Positions 51,900 through 63,974 are shown, counted from the stretch's first letter. The stretch is DNA of 64,000 nt from Methanocaldococcus indicus (GCF_049554935.1 NZ_CP186926.1:448001-512000), one strand, 5' to 3'. Notes: a model not told the origin generated them from the sequence alone. Numbers and translations are program-made.

Positions 51900-52916
51900 A
51901 TGATAGAGTTCCTACTAAAAAATAAAGAAAATATTTTAAAAAAAATTGATGATATGAAAAATATAAAAGAAGATGTATATAAACATTGGAATGTTGAAGA
52001 ATTTAAATGCAAAGATTTATATTTTGCTGGAGGAGACGGAAGTTACAATAAAATTGACTATATTTCCTTTACTTTTTATGGAGTTGGGGCTATATCTTAT
52101 TTACATAAAGAAAAGATAAATAAAATTAAAGAATTTTTTGAGTTTAATGTGGGAAATCCCTTAGATATTGAAGAAAGATTAAAAATATATATGCAAATAT
52201 TGGAGTTAAAATTGGCATATTATACTTTAAAAAATTATGATATTGACTACTATCTCTATGATGGTTCCTTATTTTCTCTTTTAATTTCAGCTAAAACAGA
52301 ACTCCCCAAAGAGGTTGAAGAAAAATTTAATAAGTATTATGGTGAGATAAACAACAAAATAGATGATGAGATTGAAAAAGGAGATTTTAGTATAGATGAA
52401 GAGCTTTGGGATGTGGAATATCTATGTATTTTAAAGAAATTAGTAGAAGATTATAGAGACAAGTTGGTTGGAATATCAAAAACATCAAAGATAAATATAT
52501 ACTTTGATGAAAAAATTCCAGATATGTCTATATTTGCACATTATACTAATGAGGAGGGATATACTACACCTATAGATTTTTATATGAGATTAGGAGAGGA
52601 AAAGAAAGAAAAGCATAGACAGCTTAGTAGTGTTTTAAGAGGGATTCATTATTTAGAAAAAAACTTTAATATAAAAATAAATAATGCATTTATCCAATTT
52701 GTAAGATTAGAAAAAAATAAATGTATTTTAGGATTAACTTCATTCTCAAAACCAAATAAAGATATACTCTATGGACTCAAAAGAATTAGTGTTAATGGAT
52801 ATCCTTATCTTTTGAAAGTTGCTCATGAAAATGTAGAGATAAATAATAAGAAGATACACTCTTTTGCTAAGATTGTGGGAATTAATGAATTAGAAGCAAG
52901 ATATATGCTAAAATAA
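51900..52916 (+). CDS. nurA: NurA 5'-3' nuclease
   Basis: AGGDGS, LYDGSL, GISKTS, GYPYLLKVAHE. Confidence 0.88.
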   Translation: MIEFLLKNKENILKKIDDMKNIKEDVYKHWNVEEFKCKDLYFAGGDGSYNKIDYISFTFYGVGAISYLHKEKINKIKEFFEFNVGNPLDIEERLKIYMQILELKLAYYTLKNYDIDYYLYDGSLFSLLISAKTELPKEVEEKFNKYYGEINNKIDDEIEKGDFSIDEELWDVEYLCILKKLVEDYRDKLVGISKTSKINIYFDEKIPDMSIFAHYTNEEGYTTPIDFYMRLGEEKKEKHRQLSSVLRGIHYLEKNFNIKINNAFIQFVRLEKNKCILGLTSFSKPNKDILYGLKRISVNGYPYLLKVAHENVEINNKKIHSFAKIVGINELEARYMLK

Positions 52917-53039
52917 CTATTTTTAATTTTTTTAATCTTAAGTTTAAAATTACTGATTTAATTTATTAAACAGAAATTTTATTAAATACTTTAAAGTAAA
53001 TTTCTATTGCTACAAAATAAAAAGTTCAATGTGAGAATT

Positions 53040-54467
53040 ATGTTCCATATAGATGAAAAAAGAGTTTTAAAAGAATTTCAAGATAAAGGAAAGGATATAT
53101 TAAAGTTAGAGGAGTTTAATCTACCTAAGGAGAAAGTTTTAAGAGTATCTTTGTGGTTGGAAGGGAAAGATTTAGCTAAAAGAACTGAGAAAGTTAAAAA
53201 AAGAGTAAAGGTAATAAATAAAGAGCCATTTCCAGAGAGAAAGATAGCCAACTATCTAAAAGAGAGAAATTTAAAGGAAATAGAAATTAAAAATCTGAAA
53301 GATGTTTTAAAGAAAGATGAAATAAATGCTGCCTTAGGAGCAATTAAAAGAAAAAATTTGGCTAAAATAGAAAAAGGCAAAATTATTTTTAATAATTTGG
53401 ATTACAAAGATGAAGAGGAAGAAATATTAAAAAGAATTGATGGAAAATATTTGGATGAATTAACCGAGGATGAGAAGAAATATTTAGACATTTTAAGAAA
53501 AAGAAAGTATGTAGATATTGATGAAGAGAAGGAAATTCTTATAGAACTAACTGACAAAGGAAAGGAGATTATAAAAGAGCCTATAGAAATTGAAGAAGAA
53601 ATTAATCAATTAACAAGAGATATTATTATTAGTGGAAAATGGAAAAAAGCACATATTAGAGAGTATAATATAACAGCTCCAACTAAGGAAGTTTATCCTG
53701 CTAAACTTCATCCTATAACAAGATTAATTAGAGAAGTTAAAGAAATTCTTATATCTATGGGTTTTAAAGAGGTTAAAAGTCCTATTGTAGAGAGTGAATT
53801 CTGGAACTTTGATTTATTGTTTGAGCCACAAGACCATCCAGCAAGAGAAATGCAAGACACATTCTTTTTAAAGTATCCTAATGTTGGAGAAATTCCAAAA
53901 AATTTAGTTGAGAAAGTTAAAGATGTTCATTTAAGATGTTGGAGACAGTTTGATGAGGAAATTTCAAAAAGATTAATTTTAAGGACACATACAACAGCAT
54001 CATCTATAAGATATTTGGCATCTCTATCAGATGAGGAAAAAAATAAACCACACAAAGTATTTTGTATTGACAGAGTTTTTAGAAATGAGGCAATAGATTA
54101 TAAACATCTTCCAGAGTTTTATCAATGTGAAGGAATAATAATGGATGAAAATGTTAATTTTAACCATTTGATTGGTGTATTAAAAGAGTTTTTAAATAGA
54201 TTAGGATTTGAAAAAGTTAGATTTAGGCCAGCATATTTCCCATTTACAGAGCCTTCTTTAGAAGCTGAGATATATTTAGAAGGTAAGGGTTGGTTAGAAA
54301 TTTTAGGAGCAGGGATATTTAGAAAGGAAGTTTTAGAGCCATTGGGAATAGATAAACCTGTCTTAGCTTGGGGTATTGGATTTAGTAGGTTGGCTATGCT
54401 TAAATATAATGTGAAAGATATTAGAGTTCTACATAGAAATGATTTATCATGGCTAAGAAGGGTATAA
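53040..54467 (+). CDS. pheS: Phenylalanyl-tRNA synthetase alpha subunit
   Basis: [37 protein letters not shown]. Confidence 0.96.
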   Translation: MFHIDEKRVLKEFQDKGKDILKLEEFNLPKEKVLRVSLWLEGKDLAKRTEKVKKRVKVINKEPFPERKIANYLKERNLKEIEIKNLKDVLKKDEINAALGAIKRKNLAKIEKGKIIFNNLDYKDEEEEILKRIDGKYLDELTEDEKKYLDILRKRKYVDIDEEKEILIELTDKGKEIIKEPIEIEEEINQLTRDIIISGKWKKAHIREYNITAPTKEVYPAKLHPITRLIREVKEILISMGFKEVKSPIVESEFWNFDLLFEPQDHPAREMQDTFFLKYPNVGEIPKNLVEKVKDVHLRCWRQFDEEISKRLILRTHTTASSIRYLASLSDEEKNKPHKVFCIDRVFRNEAIDYKHLPEFYQCEGIIMDENVNFNHLIGVLKEFLNRLGFEKVRFRPAYFPFTEPSLEAEIYLEGKGWLEILGAGIFRKEVLEPLGIDKPVLAWGIGFSRLAMLKYNVKDIRVLHRNDLSWLRRV

Positions 54468-54468
54468 T

Positions 54469-55050
54469 ATGAAAAAATTTTTTATCTGCTTTTTAATAAT
54501 TTTTTTACTAATTTGTGGATGTATTGATAACAATTCAAAAGATATAGATAAAAATAACAAAAATAATGTAAATAATAGTTCTCTAAATGAGAGTATTATC
54601 ACGAAAAATCTCAATAAATCTATATTAAATACTACAAGTAAAACTACAAATATAACAGAAATAAAAAGAAATGTTAAAAAAATTAATCTTGAAAATATAA
54701 ACTTGAATGTGTCTATTGATAGGTTGTTTTTAAATTTGAATTATAGTAACACAATAATTGGAAATAATATTATTGTAAAGAAATATAAGAATATAAGTTT
54801 TGTTGTTAGTATGTATCCAATAAATTTAAGAGATGCATATAAATTTAATAATGTTAAGGAATATCCTCAACAAGATATTTATGGAAAATATTACTACTAT
54901 GAATTTTATTCTTTATCAAACTCCCAAGTAAGTTATTGTTATTATAGAAAGGTTGGGAATTATTATATTATCTTACAAGGATACAATAAAAAAGAGTTAT
55001 CAAAATTCTGGGATGATTGGATTAACTACCTTGCAAATCTTAAAAAATAA
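54469..55050 (+). CDS. Hypothetical lipoprotein with Asn-rich linker
   Basis: LICGC lipobox-like signal. Confidence 0.65.
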   Translation: MKKFFICFLIIFLLICGCIDNNSKDIDKNNKNNVNNSSLNESIITKNLNKSILNTTSKTTNITEIKRNVKKINLENINLNVSIDRLFLNLNYSNTIIGNNIIVKKYKNISFVVSMYPINLRDAYKFNNVKEYPQQDIYGKYYYYEFYSLSNSQVSYCYYRKVGNYYIILQGYNKKELSKFWDDWINYLANLKK

Positions 55051-55052
55051 AA

Positions 55053-55829
55053 TTAACTTTTTTGAACATAAGTTAAAAATTTATCCAATAACTCTAAACC
55101 TCCTCCATAATTTACAGCTCTTGGATGGATGGATAAACAAAATAAATTTTTTGTTTTGTTGTAGTCATTAATAGCTTCTTTTAATTTGATATCTACCATA
55201 TTTTTAGGTAGATACCAAGTGTATTCTTTGTTTGTTATAGGAATTTCTATTATTGTATTGTTATATTTAGTTATAATCTTATTCCCAACAATTATAGTAA
55301 AATTGTCATTTATAAAAACATTTTCTGCTTCCTTAGATAGTGCATATCTTGGAGGAATAAAATAATCTATATTTTTAGGATTAAATCCACAATCTTTAAA
55401 TATTTTTAATGATTTCTTAAGCTTTTCTTCAGCAGTTTCTTTATTACAATTAAATTCTTTGCCAATATGGTTATATCCATGATACTCAATATGATATCCT
55501 TCTTTTTCTAATTCATGCAAATACTTAACAAACTTAGAATATTTCTCTAAGTTATATTCATTAGCATGATTGACAATAACAAATAAATATGTTCTATCCT
55601 GAAAATTATGATTATCAATAATTTTAACAATATCTTTTAAATCTTGATAATATTTGGGACTAACATCATGAACTAATATAACAAAACTTTTATTTGTTGT
55701 ATTGTTTTGTATATATCCATATATATAGTCATACAAATAATCAGTTTTATTATATTGGGAACTACCTAATGTTAAAATAACAAATGCAAAAAATACTATT
55801 AAAACAAAAAATAAAAGTTTAGTTTTCAT
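55053..55829 (-). CDS. Polysaccharide deacetylase-like protein (DUF2334)
   Basis: HDVSP, YHGYNH, FIPPRY, LSIHP; N-terminal TM. Confidence 0.8.
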   Translation of the reverse strand: MKTKLLFFVLIVFFAFVILTLGSSQYNKTDYLYDYIYGYIQNNTTNKSFVILVHDVSPKYYQDLKDIVKIIDNHNFQDRTYLFVIVNHANEYNLEKYSKFVKYLHELEKEGYHIEYHGYNHIGKEFNCNKETAEEKLKKSLKIFKDCGFNPKNIDYFIPPRYALSKEAENVFINDNFTIIVGNKIITKYNNTIIEIPITNKEYTWYLPKNMVDIKLKEAINDYNKTKNLFCLSIHPRAVNYGGGLELLDKFLTYVQKS

Positions 55830-55832
55830 AGT

Positions 55833-56222
55833 CTATTCTTTCTTTTTTTCAATTTCTTTTTTAAATTTCTCAAAGAGTTTAACAATTTTTTCATCTTTCT
55901 TTATAGTTTTTGGTTTTTTAGAAAGATATTTTTTCCACCCTTCTCTTGGTCTAAATAAAGTAATTACATGTCCTACTAAACTTACAACTTCTGAGTCTGT
56001 CTCTTTTGCTAATTTCTCAGCAATATCTTTTTTATCTTCATACATTAATGCTGTTTTTCTTATCTTAACTTTTATTAAACCTTTTGCAGATAACTGTCTA
56101 TCCACTTCTTTAATAACTTTACTACTACCTTCTTTTCCTATCCAAACTACTGGCTCTAAATTATGGGCTTTTGCTCTTAACACTTTTTTCATTTTTCCTG
56201 TTAATCTTACCATATCTAACAA
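55833..56222 (-). CDS. YhbY/CRM RNA-binding protein
   Basis: LRAKAHNLEPVVWIGKEG, LIKVK, VGHVITLFR. Confidence 0.9.
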   Translation of the reverse strand: MLDMVRLTGKMKKVLRAKAHNLEPVVWIGKEGSSKVIKEVDRQLSAKGLIKVKIRKTALMYEDKKDIAEKLAKETDSEVVSLVGHVITLFRPREGWKKYLSKKPKTIKKDEKIVKLFEKFKKEIEKKKE

Positions 56223-56285
56223 CCTATCAAAATTTTTAAATGAAAATTATTAAATTATTATTTAATTTAAATAATGCTAACTACT

Positions 56286-57908
56286 TTAAAAAGATATATC
56301 CACTATTTTATTATCTTTTACTAAACCTTTGTCAGTTATTTTCAATTGAGGAATAACTGAGAGAGTGAAAAAACTCATCTTTAAAAAAGGATTTTCAAAT
56401 TTAACATAATCTTTAACTATTTTATTCATCTCTTCTAAATCTTTTGATATATCCTTATCTGCCATAATGCCTGCTATTGGCATTTTAACGTATTTTAAAA
56501 TCTTTCCATCTCTTACAGCTATAAATCCTCCTCCAATATCTTTTAAAGTATTAACAGCTAAAACAATATCTTTATTGTTGTTTCCTATAACAACTATATT
56601 ATGTGTGTCATGAGCATAGGAAGATGCTAAAACAATATCTTCCAAAAAATTGTATATAAATCCTTTTCCAATATTTCCAGTATTTTTATGTCTCTCAACA
56701 ACAAAGATTTTATTTATTTTATAGTTATCCAAGTATTTATTAATTTTGTCTTTTTTAATTATTTTTTCTTTTGTTATTAAGCTGTCTTCAATTGGTTCAA
56801 TAACTCTAACATTATCTTTTTTTAGCTCTATGTTAAAATCATCTTCTTTTTTATAAGTAAAGTTCATAGTATTTTTAAACTTTGTAGGAATAGCATTAAC
56901 TTTTTTGTTTTTTAAAAGTTCTGATAAATTTTTACCTTTAATAAATATCTCCTTAATTTTGAAGTTTTCTAAGTCCTCAAATATTATAAAATCAGAATAG
57001 TTTCCTGGTTTTATTCCTGTCTCTAATTTAAAGTATTCTGCTGGATTTATAGTAACCATCTGTATAGCTTCAATTGGGGATATATATTTTAAAGCTTTTT
57101 TTAATATATTTAGCATGTATCCTTTTTTTAATTCTTCAATTGAGATATCATCACTTACTAACATTATGTTTCTTTTATCTTTAATTTTTTTGCATATATT
57201 CAATAAATATATATTTTTTGCAACTGTTCCCTCTCTAACCATTAGTTTTAATCCTAATCTTATTTTTTCTAATGCTTCCTCTTCCTCAACACACTCATGG
57301 TCTGATTGTATTCCTTTCTCAATATATTTATTTAATTCTTCTCCTCTTAAAAGAGGACAATGTCCATCAACTAACTTATTGTATTTTTTAGCAACCTCTA
57401 TCTTTTTTAAAATTTCCTCATCTTCATTTATAACTTCAATATAGTTCATTACTTCTCCTAATCCTAAGACATTTTTATAGTAGATAAGTTCTTCAATATC
57501 CTTGTATGTTATTTCTGCTCCAGAAGTTTCTAAATCTGTTGGAGGCACACAGGAAGGTAGCATTACATAAACTTCTAAAATATTTGAATTATTTAACATA
57601 AATTTAATTCCATCCTTTCCTAAAACATTAGCTATCTCATGTGGGTCAATAACTACCTTAGAAACTCCTGATTTTAAAGCATAATTTTCAAAAATGGATG
57701 GAATTAAATGAGATGACTCAATATGTATATGTGCATCTATAAATGTTGGAGATAAATAACATTTATCTAAATTATAAACTTTTCCTTTCTCAACTTTACA
57801 ATCAAAATCAACAACTCTAATTTTTTCATCAAAAACAACATTAGCTCTAACAATTTCTCCTGTATAGACATCAACAACCTTTATATCTTTTAGAGTTATC
57901 ATATTCAC
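56286..57908 (-). CDS. ade: Adenine deaminase
   Basis: [46 protein letters not shown]. Confidence 0.93.
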   Translation of the reverse strand: MNMITLKDIKVVDVYTGEIVRANVVFDEKIRVVDFDCKVEKGKVYNLDKCYLSPTFIDAHIHIESSHLIPSIFENYALKSGVSKVVIDPHEIANVLGKDGIKFMLNNSNILEVYVMLPSCVPPTDLETSGAEITYKDIEELIYYKNVLGLGEVMNYIEVINEDEEILKKIEVAKKYNKLVDGHCPLLRGEELNKYIEKGIQSDHECVEEEEALEKIRLGLKLMVREGTVAKNIYLLNICKKIKDKRNIMLVSDDISIEELKKGYMLNILKKALKYISPIEAIQMVTINPAEYFKLETGIKPGNYSDFIIFEDLENFKIKEIFIKGKNLSELLKNKKVNAIPTKFKNTMNFTYKKEDDFNIELKKDNVRVIEPIEDSLITKEKIIKKDKINKYLDNYKINKIFVVERHKNTGNIGKGFIYNFLEDIVLASSYAHDTHNIVVIGNNNKDIVLAVNTLKDIGGGFIAVRDGKILKYVKMPIAGIMADKDISKDLEEMNKIVKDYVKFENPFLKMSFFTLSVIPQLKITDKGLVKDNKIVDISF

Positions 57909-57929
57909 TCACAATTTATAAAAAAATTT

Positions 57930-58442
57930 TTGAGGATGATTATGATAAGCTTAGCAACTGCTGAATGCTTCACACATGGAAAAATTGGGATAACAATACA
58001 TAAAGCAGCCTCAGGATATGAAGATTTTGAATATAAATATTTATTTACAAATGAAGATTTAGAGAGAGTCAGAAAGGTTAGAGTTCTATGCTCTATGTTT
58101 GTCCCTTCTTTATATGCTATTAAAACCTTATTAAATATAAATCTACCTGAACCAGATTATCAATACAGATATGCAAAAGCTTATAGTGAGAAAAATGATT
58201 TAATTGTTGCTGAAAGAGTAGCTAATGCATTAAAAAATAAATTGAATGTAGATATTGCTGTTGGAACAACTGCAGGAGTTGGTAGAGGAGCAATATGCAT
58301 AGTAACAAATAAAAATAAATATCTTTTCACAACTGATATATATGCAAATCTAATAACATTTGAAAATATAAAAGAAAGACAAAAAAATGGAATTGAAAAA
58401 GGCATTAAAAAAATTTTGGAGATATTAAAAGAGGAATTTTAA
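57930..58442 (+). CDS. hcgF: FeGP cofactor biosynthesis protein HcgF (UPF0254)
   Basis: ATAECFTHGKIG..IH, GTTAGVGRG. Confidence 0.85.
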   Translation: MRMIMISLATAECFTHGKIGITIHKAASGYEDFEYKYLFTNEDLERVRKVRVLCSMFVPSLYAIKTLLNINLPEPDYQYRYAKAYSEKNDLIVAERVANALKNKLNVDIAVGTTAGVGRGAICIVTNKNKYLFTTDIYANLITFENIKERQKNGIEKGIKKILEILKEEF

Positions 58443-58598
58443 TTTTTTTATTTTTTAATAGTAATACCAAATTTTTTGATTCATAAATATTTTTTAGACA
58501 TAAATAGTAAAGTATTTATTATACTTTCACCTTTTAAGAAATAGAATTTAAATTTTAAGGAGAATTTCCTATAACAATTTACCAAATAAGGTGAAAAT

Positions 58599-59351
58599 TT
58601 GAAAGCATTTAATTTTTTATTAAAAGATATTGATAGAGGAATAACCTTAGTGTTGGATAAAGGTTTGCCTTTGAAGTTTGTTGAAGATTATTTAAAAGTT
58701 TGTGGAGAATATATAGATTTTATAAAATTTGGTTGGGGAACATCAGCAGTAGTTGATAGAGAGCTAATAAAAAATAAGATAAAAATTTATCAAGATTGGG
58801 ACATTAAAGTTTATCCAGGAGGAACATTGTTTGAATATGCATATGTAAATAAAAAATTTAGAGAGTTTTTAGAGGAGTGTAAAGATTTGGGATTTGATGC
58901 TGTTGAAATTTCTGATGGTTCTATAAATCTAAGTTTAGAAGATAGAAAAGAATGTATTACAAAATCTAAGGAAGAAGGATTTTTAGTTTTAAGTGAAGTA
59001 GGAAAAAAACTTCCAGAAAAAGACAAAGAACTAACAATAAAGGATAGAGTAAATCTTATAAATTATGACTTAGATTGTGGTGTAAATTATGTTATTATTG
59101 AAGGAAGAGAAAGTGGTAAAAATATTGGTATATATGATAAAGATGGAAAATTAAAAGTTGATGAACTTGAATACTTAGCTAATAATGTAGATATAAAAAA
59201 GGTTATATTTGAAGCACCTAATAAAAATCAACAAGCCTCATTAATATTAAAGTTTGGTAGTTCTGTAAATCTTGGTAATATTGCTTATGATGAAGTTATT
59301 AGCTTAGAGACATTAAGAAGAGGTCTAAGAGGAGATACTTTTGGAATATAA
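58599..59351 (+). CDS. comA: Phosphosulfolactate synthase
   Basis: DKGL, KFGWGTS, GGTLFE, EISDG, EGRESG, LETLRRGLRGDTF. Confidence 0.95.
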   Translation: MKAFNFLLKDIDRGITLVLDKGLPLKFVEDYLKVCGEYIDFIKFGWGTSAVVDRELIKNKIKIYQDWDIKVYPGGTLFEYAYVNKKFREFLEECKDLGFDAVEISDGSINLSLEDRKECITKSKEEGFLVLSEVGKKLPEKDKELTIKDRVNLINYDLDCGVNYVIIEGRESGKNIGIYDKDGKLKVDELEYLANNVDIKKVIFEAPNKNQQASLILKFGSSVNLGNIAYDEVISLETLRRGLRGDTFGI

Positions 59352-59850
59352 AGGAAGCTATTTTATTTATAAAGGACTAAAAGATAGTGGAATAACTTTT
59401 ATCTCTGGAGTTCCCTGTGCAAATCTAAAACATCTTATTAAATACTTGGAAGAAGATAAAGAAATAAAATATATTCCAGCAACAAGAGAAGAGGAAGCTT
59501 TTGGAATATTAACAGGAGCATATTTAGCTGGAAAAAAAACAGCAATAATTATGCAAAATTCAGGTTTAGGAAATAGTATAAATGCTCTTGCCTCTTTATA
59601 TAAAACTTATCAAATACCTACATTAATAATTATAAGTCATAGAGGTCTTTTAAAAGAGCAAATTCCTGCTCAGATTCCTATGGGTTTATGGACAGAGAAA
59701 ATTTTAGATATCTGTGGAATTCCATATTTTAAACCAAAAAATCCAGAAGAAGCTCACAAAATAATTAAATATTCTGCAGATTATATGGAAAAACTATCTT
59801 ATCCTGTTGCTTTGTTGTTTGATGCTCTATATTGGGAGTATGATAAATAA
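59341..59850 (+). CDS. comD: Sulfopyruvate decarboxylase alpha subunit
   Basis: VPCANL, TREEE, MQNSGLGNSINAL, SHRG, AQIPMG. Confidence 0.92.
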   Translation: MEYKGSYFIYKGLKDSGITFISGVPCANLKHLIKYLEEDKEIKYIPATREEEAFGILTGAYLAGKKTAIIMQNSGLGNSINALASLYKTYQIPTLIIISHRGLLKEQIPAQIPMGLWTEKILDICGIPYFKPKNPEEAHKIIKYSADYMEKLSYPVALLFDALYWEYDK

Positions 59851-59857
59851 AAATTTT

Positions 59858-60622
59858 TTATTTTAGTTTAAACAAGTTTATAGCATTTAAATAAGATACT
59901 TTATCAATAACCTCTTTTTCTATATTATTTAATTTCAATTTTAATACAGTCCTTGGCACAGCTAAAACATCTGAAAAGTTTGAAGATGTATCACTATTTA
60001 ATAGTATTTTATCTGAAAAATCTTTATACTCTTTTATTATTTCAACAGCTTCTATATGTGTTAATTTTCCTGGCTGAACTGTTAAACCTGCATAAAAGTT
60101 GTTATCTAACACTTCTTTAACAGTATTTTTATTACAGTGGTCTATAACAATTGGAATATTTGTATCTATGGTATTTATCTCTTCTAAGATTAATTTTGTT
60201 ATTTCCTCTTTATTGCTTCTTGGAGTATGAACTATTGCTGGATAGCCTAAATTATTAGCCAACTCTAACTGTTTAATAAAAGTTTCTTTTTCTCTTTTAT
60301 CTCCTTTCTCTAAACCAATTTCACCAATAGCTACAACTCTATCCTCTTTAACAAAATTTTTTATATATTCTAAGGCTTTATCAACATCTGGAGGAATAGC
60401 TCTTGGATGTATTCCTACACCAATATATACATTTAATCCTATTTTTTTTCCTCTTTTAATTTCATTAAATACTTTTTCTATATGAGTAATCCAAACATCC
60501 AAAGTTTTCATTTCAAAGGGGTCATGAGCTAATGTAATAACACAATCTAATGTTAAAGCCATCAACTCTAAATCTTCCATCCCTCTTGTATCTATATGTG
60601 TGTGGGTATCTATCATATCCAT
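59858..60622 (-). CDS. TatD-family metallohydrolase
   Basis: DTHTH, GIHP, GEIGL, VHTP, IDH, NSD. Confidence 0.88.
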   Translation of the reverse strand: MDMIDTHTHIDTRGMEDLELMALTLDCVITLAHDPFEMKTLDVWITHIEKVFNEIKRGKKIGLNVYIGVGIHPRAIPPDVDKALEYIKNFVKEDRVVAIGEIGLEKGDKREKETFIKQLELANNLGYPAIVHTPRSNKEEITKLILEEINTIDTNIPIVIDHCNKNTVKEVLDNNFYAGLTVQPGKLTHIEAVEIIKEYKDFSDKILLNSDTSSNFSDVLAVPRTVLKLKLNNIEKEVIDKVSYLNAINLFKLK

Positions 60623-60625
60623 CCC

Positions 60626-61051
60626 TTAAAATACATATATTGGAATATCCTTTATTTTTATTATCTCATAGTCATCAGGTAGTTCTTCAGCTAAATTAAG
60701 ATATTCCTTATTTGCTACATCATTGATAATCTTACTCAATATATATCTAATATTTTCATCATCAACATAAATATTTACCTTTAATTTATGTCTTCTTCCC
60801 ATTCTTGCCAAATCTCTTAATAAAAGTTTTAGTTCAGTTATAATAGATAGAAGTTTTTTAGCTTTTTCTAAATTTTCCTCTTTCCCAACTAATACCATAT
60901 ATTTTGTATTATTTATTTCATCTTCTTTCACATCAAACCTAACATTACACATCTCTACTACTCTTGCTATAACACTTTCAGGAATTCCTGGGGGAATGAT
61001 TAGTTCCTTATCATCTAAATCATACATTTTTATGTTCTCTCTCATATTCAA
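60626..61051 (-). CDS. Conserved hypothetical methanogen protein
   Basis: LIIPPGIP motif; overlaps marker 7 gene. Confidence 0.65.
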   Translation of the reverse strand: MNMRENIKMYDLDDKELIIPPGIPESVIARVVEMCNVRFDVKEDEINNTKYMVLVGKEENLEKAKKLLSIITELKLLLRDLARMGRRHKLKVNIYVDDENIRYILSKIINDVANKEYLNLAEELPDDYEIIKIKDIPIYVF

Positions 61052-61940
61052 CCTCTGATTTTGGCTTTATCTTTATAAGAATATAGTTTTTCATTTCACT
61101 TCTTCTTATATCTGCAATATCCTTTAAAAGATAATTTTTAATTTTTACATTTTCAATTTTATCTTTATATCTATCATAATCTAACTTAACTCTTAAACCA
61201 TCTAACTGTGTAACTATAGGCATTGGAGATAGAATATTAAAAACATCCTCAACTTGTTTCTCTATCTCATCCTTAACAACAACAGGGGGAACTACTGGAG
61301 GGTCATAAGATAACTCTCTCCTTTTTTTGTTTATAAGTTCTGTTATCTTATCAACCATATTTTTTAAAGCTCTCCTTTCATCACCATGTCTCAATCTGTG
61401 GCTTCTTCTTCCCAAATTTCCAACATAAGTATATGGAATATCTAAACTCTCTGGCCCTCCTGTTACAACTACTGGAACTTCTACATCAAAAAGATGTGTC
61501 TTATTTTTTATACAGTCCTCAAAGTTTCCCATAACATAAACAGCTAAATCATGCTCTTCAATTAATCTCTTTTCTTTTTCTCTTAATTGAGATATATCCC
61601 TCCCCACTCCTCTTGCTAATCCTATCATATTACTTTTAGCTCCAAATCTTCTTAAATATTCTGCTATATCACAAGCTGTGTGTGGAAGATGATGCCTTGA
61701 TAAACTTGGTGCTACAACAGCAATCTCAGTCCCAGCCAAGGGAGTCTCAATAACTTTACCTTTATATTTTTTAGCTTCTTTTTTTAGATTTTCAATTTCA
61801 TTTTGAGGAATTGCTAATGTCATATAAACATCTAACTGCATAACATGCTCTTGTAAAACAAATCCACCAATATCTTCAATCCACTCTTTAAAAATATTAT
61901 TTTTATAAACTCCTCCTTCATATCTAACTATCTCATACAT
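61020..61940 (-). CDS. Methanogenesis marker protein 7
   Basis: GGVYK, EDIGG, HHLPHTACDIAEYLRR, MIGLARG, QLDGLRVK. Confidence 0.88.
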   Translation of the reverse strand: MYEIVRYEGGVYKNNIFKEWIEDIGGFVLQEHVMQLDVYMTLAIPQNEIENLKKEAKKYKGKVIETPLAGTEIAVVAPSLSRHHLPHTACDIAEYLRRFGAKSNMIGLARGVGRDISQLREKEKRLIEEHDLAVYVMGNFEDCIKNKTHLFDVEVPVVVTGGPESLDIPYTYVGNLGRRSHRLRHGDERRALKNMVDKITELINKKRRELSYDPPVVPPVVVKDEIEKQVEDVFNILSPMPIVTQLDGLRVKLDYDRYKDKIENVKIKNYLLKDIADIRRSEMKNYILIKIKPKSEVEYEREHKNV

Positions 61941-61943
61941 AAG

Positions 61944-62708
61944 TTATCCCTCCAATTTTTTAGGTGGTTCTCTTTTATGCTTATTTTTCTCTATTAGGTT
62001 AAAAACATGTTCAACCTTCTCCTTAGAAATGTTAAGCTCTTCAACAATTTCATTAATTCCTTTTCCACTTTCATATAACTCTAATATTTTATCTAATTCA
62101 TCATAACTAATTCCAAGTTCTTCCTCATCAGTCTGTCCTTCCCATAATCCAGCAGAAGGTTTTTTATTTATTATCTCCTCAGGAACTCCTAATTTTTTGG
62201 CTAATTCCCTAACTTCTGTTTTAAATAAATGGGCTATAGGCATAAAGTCACATCCTAAATCTCCATATTTTGTTCCATAACCAACATAACACTCAGATTT
62301 ATTGGCAGTTCCAACAACCAAATAGTTGTATTTATTTGCATAGTAGTAGAGAATACACATTCTAACTCTTGCTTTTAAATTACCATCAGCTATTTTATCA
62401 AACTCTTTAGTTGGAACATAACCTCCTGCTCCAAAAGCTTTTAAGACATCTGTTATATCTGCTATTATATACTTAATTTCTAACATTTCAGCTACTTTTT
62501 TAGCATGCTCTATATCCTCTTTTTTAGTATCTCTTTCAGGCATTATTATACCTAAAACTCTATCTTTTCCAAGAGCTTTAACACATAAAAAAGCTGTTGT
62601 TGAACTATCTATACCCCCACTCAATCCTATAACAACTCCTTTTGCCTTTGCTTCTTCAACAACATCCTTTATAAATTTAATTATTTTGTCTATGTCCATA
62701 TCAATCAC
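61944..62708 (-). CDS. nadE: NH3-dependent NAD+ synthetase
   Basis: GLSGGIDS, GNLKARVRM, GYGTKYGD, PSAGLWEGQTDE. Confidence 0.95.
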   Translation of the reverse strand: MIDMDIDKIIKFIKDVVEEAKAKGVVIGLSGGIDSSTTAFLCVKALGKDRVLGIIMPERDTKKEDIEHAKKVAEMLEIKYIIADITDVLKAFGAGGYVPTKEFDKIADGNLKARVRMCILYYYANKYNYLVVGTANKSECYVGYGTKYGDLGCDFMPIAHLFKTEVRELAKKLGVPEEIINKKPSAGLWEGQTDEEELGISYDELDKILELYESGKGINEIVEELNISKEKVEHVFNLIEKNKHKREPPKKLEG

Positions 62709-62711
62709 AAA

Positions 62712-63173
62712 TCATTTTCTATTTATTATTAAAACTGGCTTTGATGTATTTTTAATTACATGCTCTGTTACTGAACCCATTAATATTTCTTTTAAATTTG
62801 TCTCTCCATGAGAACCCATAATAATTATATCAACATCTTCATTTTCAGCAATTTCTACAATCTTACTATGAGGAGAACCTACCACAATAATGCCTTTAAC
62901 ATTATAACCCAACTCTTCCAATTTAGATTTAATGTCATCTAACTTCTCTTTTGCTTCATTAATTAATTTATTTTCTATATCTTTTTCCAACTCTTCCTTA
63001 GATTTTAAAATAAATCCCAACAGCATAGATAATAAACTTTTCTTTTTCTTTTCTTCAACAACATGTAAAAGAACTACTTCTTCTCCACCTAATTCTCTAA
63101 AAGCTTCTAAATGAGGAATAACTAATTCAGCTGTCTCAGAGAAATCAGTTGGATACAAAATTTTTTTATACAT
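62712..63173 (-). CDS. Universal stress protein (UspA family)
   Basis: KKILYPTDFS, IIMGSHG, MGSVT, PVLI. Confidence 0.92.
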   Translation of the reverse strand: MYKKILYPTDFSETAELVIPHLEAFRELGGEEVVLLHVVEEKKKKSLLSMLLGFILKSKEELEKDIENKLINEAKEKLDDIKSKLEELGYNVKGIIVVGSPHSKIVEIAENEDVDIIIMGSHGETNLKEILMGSVTEHVIKNTSKPVLIINRK

Positions 63174-63269
63174 TTACACTCCTCCAATAAATTTATTAAT
63201 TATTAAATATTACAATCATTTTAATTTATTATGTTGTTTGTAAAACTTAAAACTTTTGATGTGAAATTT

Positions 63270-63971
63270 ATGAAAGAGCTCTACTCTGGAAAGGCAAAAA
63301 CAATTTATGAGTATGATAAGGATAAGGTTTTAATAGAATTTAGGGATGATATTTCTGCTGGAAATGGAGCTAAAAAGGATGTTAAGGAAGGTAAAGGAGC
63401 TCTTAATGCAAAAATTTCTGCCAAGATGTTTGAGCTCTTAGAGAAGGAAGGAGTTAAAACTCACTTTATAGAATATATTGAGCCAAATAAAATTTTAGCA
63501 AAAAAAGTTGAAATAATCCCTATTGAGGTTATAGTTAGAAATATAGCAGCTGGGAGTTTGTGTAAGAGATATCCATTCAAAGAAGGGGAAGAACTAAAAG
63601 AGGTTATAGTTCAGTTTGATTATAAAAATGATGAATATGGAGACCCAATGATTAATGAAGATATAGCAGTTAATCTAAATTTAGCTACAAGAGAAGAATT
63701 AAAAAAGATGAGAGAAATAGCTTTAAAAGTTAATGACATCTTAAAGAAATTTTTTGATGAAAAAGGAATAATATTAGTTGATTTTAAAATAGAAATTGGA
63801 AGAGATGAAAATGGAGAGCTGTTAGTTGCTGATGAAATATCTCCAGATACAATGAGGTTGTGGGATAAAGAAACAAGGGAGAGATTAGACAAAGATGTAT
63901 TTAGGAGAGATTTAGGAGATGTTATAGCTAAATATAAGATAGTTGCAGAAAGAATTTTTGGAGGGAATTAG
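63270..63971 (+). CDS. purC: SAICAR synthetase
   Basis: LYSGKAK, EVIVRNIAAGS, LVDFKIE, ADEISPDTMRLWD, DKDVFR. Confidence 0.95.
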   Translation: MKELYSGKAKTIYEYDKDKVLIEFRDDISAGNGAKKDVKEGKGALNAKISAKMFELLEKEGVKTHFIEYIEPNKILAKKVEIIPIEVIVRNIAAGSLCKRYPFKEGEELKEVIVQFDYKNDEYGDPMINEDIAVNLNLATREELKKMREIALKVNDILKKFFDEKGIILVDFKIEIGRDENGELLVADEISPDTMRLWDKETRERLDKDVFRRDLGDVIAKYKIVAERIFGGN

Positions 63972-63974
63972 ATT

